Assembly (NCBI GenBank): GCA_965112155.1
Contig: OZ218103.1
Origin: Podarcis liolepis
Lineage: Eukaryota
Strand: one strand, 5' to 3'
Length of the DNA stretch: 64,000 nucleotides
The notes beneath the pieces are model-generated. The model was not told the origin of the DNA. It saw only the letters and a list, made by a program, of their open reading frames with translations, and made no database searches. This document shows positions 15,071 through 23,252 of the stretch, piece after piece; the stretch's first letter is position 1, and every line of letters starts with the position of its first letter. A program made the translations under genes and the position numbers.

Positions 15071-15465
15071 TGTCCAGTAGCACCTTAGAGACCAACTAAT
15101 TTTGTTTTTGGTATAAGCTTTTGTGTGCATGCACACAATACACTAGTATCTGAAGAAGTGTGCATGCACATAAAAGCTTATACAGTCATACCTCGGGTCA
15201 AATGTGCTTCAGGTTGAGCGCTTTCGGGTTGCGCTCCGTGGCAACCTGGAAGTAATGGAGTGTGTTACTTCCGGGTTTCACCACTAGCGCAGACCATCAA
15301 AATGACATCACGCACATGCGCGGAAGCAGCAAAACGTGACCCGCGCCGTCGCGTCTTACGTTCCATTCAGGATGTGAATGGGGCTCCGGAACGGATCCCG
15401 TTCGTATCCCGAGGTACCACTGTACCAAGAACAAACTTAGTTGCTCTCTAAGGTGCTACTGGACA
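15071..15465. mobile_element. Older fold-back PLE fragment of the same family as 22918-23142, interrupted by a MITE
   Basis: Inverted ends tgtccagtagcaccttagagaccaactaa ... ttagttgctctctaaggtgctactggaca. Degenerate hammerhead gtatCTGAAGAagtgtgcatgcacatAAAAgcttata at 15146-15182. Confidence 0.8.
15183..15422. mobile_element. MITE family B3, nested in the PLE fragment
   Basis: TA|CAGTCATACCTCGGG...CCCGAGGTACCACTG|TA. Removing it and one TA restores the PLE sequence gcttaTAccaagaac. Confidence 0.85.
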
Positions 15466-17213
15466 ACCTATCTATCTATCTATCTATCATCTATCACAGA
15501 GACAGAGGTGAAGTGCAACCTTGTTGCTTCTATTCAATTGTTTCATGGCTTTCAACTGTAGTACCTTACTGGACCAGTTCAGCAGGATCCCCCTCCCTCT
15601 TTTAATTGTAAACATGCAAATTGTATTGATGAAGCTAAATTGCTTGACAACAAGAAGTGGAAGAAGTGGTAAATATTCTGCTGTTTCACAGGCAGTTTTC
15701 CATACTTGCAGGAACTAAGCCGGCAAGTTTTTTAATCTTGAGAAGGAGAATGCTTTGTCCCGTGGTACATGGAACAGGTAGGCTGATCATATAGCTTATC
15801 CAAAATAGTGGCTAAGTCTTCAGTAAACCACTGTATTATAGTGGTTCCATGCATACCTACAAGGCCTGTTCTACAGCAGGGCATTGGGTGCCTGCATCTT
15901 GGCCTTGTGGGGGGTGAAGCAGGTAACTTCTTGTCTCTATTGCTGTTGAACATGAAGCTGTTCAAGACAGTCATTAGGAAATTTGGGGTGTGATGTCATC
16001 AGTATGCAAATGACTCCCAGCTCTACTTCTCTGTTACATCAGAGTTAGGAATAGATATGCAAGTCTCCCTGGACAAAGGGATTGATGAGCTCAGTTAAGA
16101 TGAATCTTGATAAAACAAAGGCCTTGTCAGTAGGAGGTTCCCAGGTCTGGGGAGTGGACACATTGCCTGTTCTCTCTGAAGAACAGGTGCAAAGTCTGAG
16201 GGTACACCTTCATCCACTATTGTTGCTGGAGGCCCAAGTGTCCATGGTAGCCAGGGGTGCCTTTTACCAACTTTGGCTGGTGCACCAGCTGTGACAGTTC
16301 CTGGACAACCTAAACACAGAGATTCATACATTGGTAACGTCAAGGCAGGATTTCTGTAATACACTCTTTGTGGGGACGCGCTTAAGGTTGGTCTGGAAAC
16401 TGCAGCTTGTGCAGATTGCTGCTGTTATGTTGCTGAGTGGAGCTATACCAATACCAATAGTATATGACAGCACTTTGGAAAGAACTGCCCTGGCATTTTT
16501 ACCACTAAATAAAATCAGCATTTCCCCCATGTGATTATCAGTAAGATATTGTTATATATTATTTTAATTTGCTCTGTCAATGCTTAAGAAATAAAATTGA
16601 CAGATATGTGAGCGCATGTAGCTTAATGCTCAAGACTGGCATGTCTGTGTACATTGTTTTTTGAGAATTGCTTGTTGTTTGAAGAAAAGATACAACCTGA
16701 ATATTATACAACAGATAAACACAAAACTACTGGGAAAGTTTTAATTCCCCAAGGCTGATTCTAGTAATAGTAACTGTTTGGCGGAGTCAAACGAAATATA
16801 TTGTGATAATAAGGACTGTTGGGAAAAGAATATTTAAAGAAAAAAATGTTTAGCAGAAATCATCAATATTTCTGTTTTTCCTCTATCCTTTCTGCTGCAT
16901 TTGCAAAAGCTGTTCCTCATAAATCTATAGTAAATTTTATTTACCATTTCTGCATCTAAAATACCTCTTCCGTATTTGGGTACCAATACCCAAGTACAAA
17001 ATATATTCATATCATATTGTAACATACTGTATATAGTGTGTGATGAATTTATACATTGCCACCAATTGTATTTTCCTCTTCCTAAAGTGCATTAGTTCTG
17101 CACTCTTTGATTGAGTCTATCAAGTATTTGTAGTGATTTAAATTAATTTAAATTCATGTTAACCAGAGAGGATCTGTAATGCCCACTGATACAATCCTTT
17201 AAAAGGATATTTA

Positions 17214-17791
17214 CTGTATTTTTCGCCCTATAGGACACACTTTTTCCCCTCCAAAAATGAAGGGGAAATGTGTGTGCGTCCTATGGGGCGAATGCAGGCT
17301 TTCGCTGAAGCCTGGAGAGCGAGAGGGGTCGGTGCGCACCTACCCCTCTCGCTCTCCAGGCTTCAGGAGAGCCCCACCGCCAGCCCCACAAGCTCGGGGG
17401 ACAGCGGGGAGGCGGAACGCCGCCATCCCGCTGTCCCCCGACTTGATTAGAAGGCTGGCAGGGGGGGGGAGAAGCCTGCTCCTCCCCGTCGCCAGCCCCG
17501 CAAACTCGGGGGACAGTGGGGAGGCGCAGCGCGCCATCCCGCTGTCTCCCGACCTGGTTTGGAGGCTGGTGGAGGGCTCCCCCCTCCCCCAGCCCCACAA
17601 GCTCCTAGAGCGATGCCAAAGCTGCGCGCAGCTTCGGCATGGCTCTGGGTCCCGTTCTGGGGGCGGGGGAAGCTCGGGCTTCCCCCGCCCCAGCCCCGCG
17701 CCTGGGGAAAAAAAAAATCCCCCCCCTTTATCCCCCCCCAAATCTAGGTGCGTCCTATGGGCCGGTGCATCCTATAGGGCGAAAAATACGG
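17214..17791. mobile_element. MITE group A, long GC-rich young copy
   Basis: TA|CTGTATTTTTCGCCCTATAGGAC...TCCTATAGGGCGAAAAATACGG|TA. CpGs retained; internal 62-bp palindrome (17305-17366) and internal tandem duplications. Confidence 0.9.
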
Positions 17792-18012
17792 TAACTACAA
17801 TGCGGTGCTAAGGTTCAGCCTACACAGCGTATTCAAAACAGTATCCACACTAGAGGAATAAATTTGCTGCTGTTATAGAGCAAATTACAACTGTATTCAG
17901 CCACTGATTTCTGCTACCACTCCACTTGAAAAACTGAAACTTCCAGCTTACTAGAACTACCAGCTACTGATTCTTCCTCCTCTGCCCTTGCTCAGTTTGC
18001 ATACCATACCAA

Positions 18013-18162
18013 CATATGAAGCTGCCTTACGAGTCAGACCATTGCTGGATCTAGTTCAGTACTGCCTACACTGACTGGCAATGATGCTCCAGGGTTTCAG
18101 GAGTTGCCAATAACTGAACCTGGGATATTTTGCATACAAACCAAGTGCTGTACCACTGAGCC
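18013..18162 (-). mobile_element. tRNA-derived SINE (squamate type)
   Basis: Minus-strand head gctcagtggtacagcac...cccaggttca (A/B boxes) and tail ggtctgactcgtaaggcagcttcatatg; similar to 30910-31086. Confidence 0.7.
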
Positions 18163-19539
18163 AGGACTCTTACTTTAATTTCCTAAGTCTACATACATAG
18201 CAGTTTAAAGGACTGAGTGGGTAAATGAAGGTACTGCAAATACAGCTACTTTGATTTTTCCGATAATCACACAAAGCAACAGGATTATATTTGTACAATT
18301 TCCTTGAAGGTATTTATCAGGCTGTGTGGTCGGTCTGCAGCATACACACCACAAGTTGCATAAACAGCAGGAGTGTGTGGCACATCTGAGCAGGAGCAAG
18401 AAGTACTGGGAGCCTGGCTACAGCAAAGTGTCATCACCCCCATGCTCTGCTGGCCTCTCCTGTTCTGCATACTCCTAAGGTTAGTAGGGTCTGAGGTAAA
18501 ACCAAACCATTGTCGAGAGGTTGCCTGTACTGTATAATAAATCTAGCATACACAAATCTACCATACACCTTTTCATTCTTTGGGCTTGAAATACTGTGGC
18601 ACATTTGCTTAAAAAGTCATCTATTGTTGCATTTAGAAAAATGAGGAGGGTCAGTAAAACTATCCAGCTAATTATGTCTTCAATTTACTATTTATTTAAA
18701 TATCATTATATTTTCCCTTCATTAAAATAATAACATGGATGATGGTAGTATTCTGTTTGATTTACAGCCCTCCAGATCAGCTTTGTCATCTTGCCACTGA
18801 AACACACTGTGTGCTGATATCTTAGCTTCCAAGTAAAAGAGGATCGAATTATAATGCAGTAGCATTAACAAGAAAGGAAAAGTAAATATAGTTTACAAGC
18901 GGGTGATATACTAAAGTTTTAGCAACTCTGGATAAAAGCTGTCTGAGTATCTTGGTCCTGAATTTACTTTGATCCCACAGGCAATGTTTATTGTACAATA
19001 AGTTAAAATACATCCTCCCATGTGGTTTTCTGTGACAGGTTGAATATGCCCAATTCTTTGGGAACAAAATATATCTAGGTTTCTAGGTAAAATACCCAAG
19101 AATACTTGCCACTCCAGCCTATTTTCCCATAGGCACAGAAAAGGTAAGCAAAGTGAATTTGAAACACGCAAAGTGAAACCACATTTCTCAAAAGGCCTTA
19201 CAAACGAATACCCACAGCCAACATGAAGGGCACTGACCTATTCTAACAATATAAGCCCTAAGGGCAAGCAATTAGGAAAACATATGTTATGTAACTGCAA
19301 CGCCCATTATGACTGTCAAGAAAATAATACAGACTCCAGGTCCCAGCAATTCATCACCACCTTTAATTATTACAAGAGATAATCTCTGCCCAAGGAGAAG
19401 AGGGAACAATTATCAAGGGTGTCACTACGCCCTAAGTGGCAATTATTGCGGCCACTACTAGAACACTTTCCTTAAAAAAACCCCCCACTAATCGTGGGGC
19501 TCTCAATGAAGCCAAAGTAGCCAATGAAACAAACCACGC

Positions 19540-20720
19540 GCGCCAGTCCTGTGGTACAAAAAGATGCGTAAGCTGGCGTGTTATTAAAGGGGGGGGGGGG
19601 ATGAAAGCGCAACTGCGTCTCGATCCAAACCGGACGCTGCGCCTTGAAAGGGATGAGCGGAGTCTTGGCTGATGCAGAACCTGCCACGACCAAGGTCACG
19701 TTACTGGCATCCTAGAAACACAGCATCCCTTCTTGCCCAAGAGGAGGAGGAGAAGCTCGCCTCCCCTTTTGGCTTTCCTCCGCTGACGGGGGCCGAGCGG
19801 CGTCAGCGGCTTCCGACGAACAAGAAGCATGGTGCCGGGAGGAAGCCGAGCGCTGCGAAGAGACACGCCGCCGACACCCGCCCGCCCCTTCGCAGGGCAA
19901 GAGGCGGCGCGGGAGACGTGACGGGCCCCTCCGGGAAAGCCTCGCGCCGGTCCCACGCGGGCGCCGAAAGCCGCTCGGAAGCCGCCGGAGGGACCGGCAG
20001 GCCAGCCAAGCACCTTCCCGGCTCCCGCTGAAGGAGCCTCCGGGGACCCGGAGCCCGGAGGGAAGAGGCGCCGCCCGGGCCCCGGGACTCCCTCCTCTCC
20101 GCCACAGCCGCGGCTGGTCCCCGCCCCTCTCCGCCTTTGTGAGGCCGCGGCGGGAACTCTTCTGCGCTCGCTGCCGGGCTCCCCCCCCGCCTCCCTCTCT
20201 CCGCGGGGCCGCCTGGGGAGCGCCATGTCCTTACCGGGGAGGGGGGGTTGCTTCTCGTACGTGCCAGGGGCTCGAGCCGCGGGGGCAGGGGCCGCCAGTG
20301 ATCCGCTCGCGAGTCCAGCCCAGCGCCGCCGACTGAGCAGCGCCACAAAATGGCCGACGCGACTGCGGCGCTGCTAGCTCGCCCGCCCGCCCGCCTGCCG
20401 CGAGGGGAGGGGAGGGTCCTCCTGTGGGAGGGGCGAAAGGGCCAGGGGGCGTGGCTCCGGCGGAGAGGGCTCGGGGGCCCTCGCGCAAAATCCAGGCGGC
20501 GGCGGCGGCCCGTCACGCGCGCATCCATCTCTCGGGACCCGGAAGGCGCTGCTGCTTTCCCGTTGTCCAGTGTGAGTTCGCCAGTGAGAGGAACTCACGA
20601 CACGGGCAACGAGCGCGTGCTTTTTTTAAATACGCGCTGCTGCTGGGCTCAGGTGTATTAAATCCTTGGAGAGAGGGACCGCTTTTAAGACCACGTTTAA
20701 GACATACCAAACCTTTCACG
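19540..20720. promoter_or_regulatory. CpG island / PHF20 promoter
   Basis: Very GC- and CpG-rich ~1.2 kb block in otherwise CpG-depleted DNA. Contains GC boxes, a YY1-like CAAAATGGCCG (20346-20356), a CTCGCGAG palindrome (20306-20313, BANP/ZBTB33-like core) and an E2F-like TTTTGCGCG on the minus strand (~20482-20490). Confidence 0.9.
20235..20380 (-). other. PHF20: PHF20 non-coding exon 1 (5' boundary approximate)
   Basis: Strong donor CCG|gtaagg at 20234 inside the CpG island, just downstream of a GCCATTTT (YY1-type) element. This is the only extended CpG island upstream of the ATG exon. Confidence 0.7.
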
Positions 20721-20766
20721 CGGGGAACAGAGCAGAGTTCAGTGACTGGAGTACGTGCTTCGTATA

Positions 20767-20992
20767 CAGTGATACCTCGAGTTAAGTACTTAATTCGTTC
20801 CGGAGGTCCGTTCTTAACCTGAAACTGTTCTTAACCTGAAGCACCACTTTAGCTAATGGGGCCTGCTGCTGCCGCCGTGCCGCAGGAGCACGATTTCTGT
20901 TCTCATCCTGAAGCTAAGTTCTTAACCCGAGGTACTATTTCTGGGTTAGCAGAGTCTGTAACCTGAAGCGTCTGTAACCCGAGGTACCACTG
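20767..20992. mobile_element. Tigger/pogo-like MITE, family B1 (TIR CAGTGGTACCTCGGGTTA, TA TSD)
   Basis: TA|CAGTGATACCTCGAGTTA...TAACCCGAGGTACCACTG|TA; close copies at 41819, 44623 and 45287. Confidence 0.9.
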
Positions 20993-22394
20993 TACACAGC
21001 AAGTTCTCTCTGATCCCAACCACAGCCACTGGTGTAGTGGTCAACTCTGAAGTGCAGGCACGCTTCAAAGATAGCGATGCACCTTGGCTTGTGAGCTTAT
21101 ACAACAACAAAAATTAAATATGAATTTTTTGACCAATGCAGACATTACGGCTTCGGTATCAACGCATTTTTCTGCTCACTCGCTCTTCCAACCAAGGGCG
21201 TACCTTGAGGTTGGCCATGTTGGCTCTTAGCCCCCCTGCCAAGGGTGGGTGGGTGTGCAAAAAAAAATTGCTTCTCTCCACTCTGGTTTGGAGTGGCTAG
21301 GAGCCATTTTGCTGGGAGGAGAAGCAAGTTGGTTTAGAATCTTGCTGATTATTTAGGGTGCTCTTTTCTTTTAAAATGCAGGTTATCCTTGTCTGTTATT
21401 TTTCTGGTTTTTAAAAATGTTGTTTTAATGTTTATTTTAATGTTTCTTCTCAACATTTTCCAGGAGAAAATCAGGACCAGATTCTCCCCTTTCAGGTTTT
21501 GGAGGAAACAGTTAAATAAGGTTATATAACATAACTCCTCCTCAGTCCGATGCTCTGAGCAGCAGTCAGAATCTCTGATGTTGGCGACGAGATCACTGAC
21601 CATAATCAGAATACAGCGTAAAGCGTTACGGAGTCGAGTTTCGCCGGCTTTAGAGACCTCTTCATATATAGTTAGATTCTTACACTGGCCATAGGGTGGC
21701 AGTATTTCCCTAAACACATTCTTTGTTTCCATTCCATTAACTGAAGAAATCAGCCGCAGGTTATCGAGAATGAGCAGCAGTGCTTTTTTTCTTAAAAAAA
21801 TGTTTACGGGTACTCGTTCCCTGCCAAGTTTTGATGGGCAGAATTTTACTTATTCTGCCTAATAATATGGACAAGTTGTTGTTGAAGATTGAGACCAATC
21901 ATATACCCCCTTGAAACTGCCCCAAGCAGTGTTGAGACAGCTCTTGCGATGAGGGAAGGGTGCTTCCTGCACGCTCAAGAACACATTCTATTATTTCACT
22001 TTTCTGGACTAAGCCAATGAGCTGAAATCACTACTGTTAGAAGACAGACAACAAATTGCAAGCAGGAATGGCTGGTAGGTAAAAAGTCAGCTAACGGAAT
22101 TGGAGGGGGGATAAAGCCCGTTTTCATACACTCCTCTAGATATTCCTAACCAGAAAACTTCGAGCTGCAGAGTTCACAAATATTGACCTGCAATGTATGA
22201 ACCTTTTGACTGATATAACCTTGATGTTATTTGCATTAGCACTAAGATTAGGAGCTAATATGCATTCCCGGGTAGTGTAACCTGGAAAATGATCTGTCGT
22301 GGGTGAGGACCAATTTTTATATAAACCTATATAGTATGAACTGTTTGCTTTGCATATGCTTAACATTTATTATTATTAATTATCATCATCATCT

Positions 22395-22745
22395 AACTTT
22401 TTATTGCCCAAGGCAACTCAAAGTGGCTTATAACCAAGCAACTCCCCCTCAATACACACATTAAAACTGAGAAACAAAAATATATTAAAAACATCCAGGC
22501 CACAGATAGTTAAGAGGCTAGAGGCCTGGTTAAAGAGGAAATATTTTGCTTGGCATCGAAAAATATAGAATGATGCTGCCAGGTGATCTTCTGTGGGGAG
22601 AGCATTCCACAAACGGGGAGCAACCACTGAAAAGGCCCATTCTTGTGTTGTTACCCTCCAGACCTCCTATGGAGAAGGCATACAAAGAAGGGCCTCAGAT
22701 GATGGTCCATATTGGTTCATATGGGATGGTGGTACCTGAGGTTCT
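22395..22745 (-). mobile_element. Old L2-type LINE 3' fragment
   Basis: Minus strand encodes FSVVAPRLWNALP, an L2 C-terminal motif. Similar to the 2930-3430 copy. Confidence 0.7.
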
Positions 22746-23004
22746 GGTAAAATGAGTACTCTGCTATGTCCCAAAACCACAAAAGGGACACCACCGCAAA
22801 GAACTCAAAAGTAGGATGATTTTTTAAAAGACTGTCTGCCATTAACAATGTAAATAAGTTATAGTCACTACTCAGCCAGGAGAAAAGGTGGGGAGAAAGC
22901 AGATATTATGAAAGGTACAGATAGGTAGCCGTGTTGGTCTGCCATAGTCAAAATAAAAAAAATCCTTCCAGTAGCACCTTAAAGACCAACTAAGTTAGTT
23001 CTTG

Positions 23005-23042
23005 GTATGAGCTTTCGTGTGCATGCACACTTCTTCAGATAC
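23005..23042 (-). ncRNA. Mirror-image hammerhead motif on the minus strand
   Basis: Exact reverse complement of 23049-23086 within the palindrome. Confidence 0.72.
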
Positions 23043-23048
23043 ACATGT

Positions 23049-23086
23049 GTATCTGAAGAAGTGTGCATGCACACGAAAGCTCATAC
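23049..23086 (+). ncRNA. Minimal type I hammerhead ribozyme motif (PLE type)
   Basis: GTAT-CTGAAGA-A-GTGTG(CATG)CACAC-GAAA-GCTC^ATAC: CUGANGA and GAAA cores, stem II, stem I GTAT/ATAC, UH cleavage site after C23082, vestigial stem III. Confidence 0.75.
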
Positions 23087-23246
23087 CAAGAACTAACTTA
23101 GTTGGTCTTTAAGGTGCTACTGGAAGGATTTTTTTTATTTTGATTATGAAAGGTAGTTTAAATTCATGCCTTTAGTCAAGGCACAGTTTGTCTAAATCTA
23201 AATCGGTGTTTAAGAACACATAGAAAACAATGATGAACCACAGATG

Positions 23247-23252
23247 TTTAAT
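23247..23252 (-). terminator. Candidate poly(A) signal (ATTAAA) of the ARHGAP39-like gene, implying a ~3.35-kb 3'UTR
   Basis: Minus strand reads aagaataATTAAAcatctgtggttcatcattgttttctatgtgttctt, with a GU/U-rich tract downstream. The interval 23250-26590 is relatively TE-poor, like a UTR. No transcript evidence. Confidence 0.4.

Larger units (their letters stand above)
13230..16500 (+). mobile_element. Decayed L2-clade LINE ORF2, fragmented by nested insertions (boundaries approximate)
   Basis: Collinear degenerate ORF2/RT motifs: AKKVYSVTSI (~13681), LKEAGVQPLLKK...NY..FLGKVL (14075-14172), ETDYLDSFQSGFR (14572-14610), HQYANDSQLY (YADD box, 15997-16026), KMNLDKTK, LVWKLQLVQ. Confidence 0.8.
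22918..23142. mobile_element. Young Penelope-like (PLE) terminal fragment in fold-back form with 13-bp TSD
   Basis: Direct repeat ATTATGAAAGGTA at 22905-22917 and 23143-23155. Internal perfect inverted repeat 22948-23143. Has a GTAGCCGTGTTGGTCTG end and a hammerhead core, as recalled for vertebrate PLE terminal repeats. Confidence 0.8.

Noticed and set aside
17257-17811. 184-aa and 133-aa ORFs
   Set aside because: Lie within a GC-rich MITE with no transposase motifs. The same pseudo-peptide (KGKCVCVLWGEC...KNTV) recurs in every copy of the repeat.
19672-20822. Cluster of long overlapping ORFs (up to 241 aa) on both strands
   Set aside because: Arg/Pro/Gly/Ala-rich translations with no domain. 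Explained by stop-codon scarcity in the CpG island; the PHF20 ATG is at 6732.
22948-23143. Pre-miRNA or DNA-transposon MITE interpretation of the palindrome
   Set aside because: A loop-less 98-bp perfect stem, a 13-bp TSD, an asymmetric extra end segment and a hammerhead core fit a PLE-derived insertion better than a miRNA hairpin or a TA/8-bp-TSD MITE.
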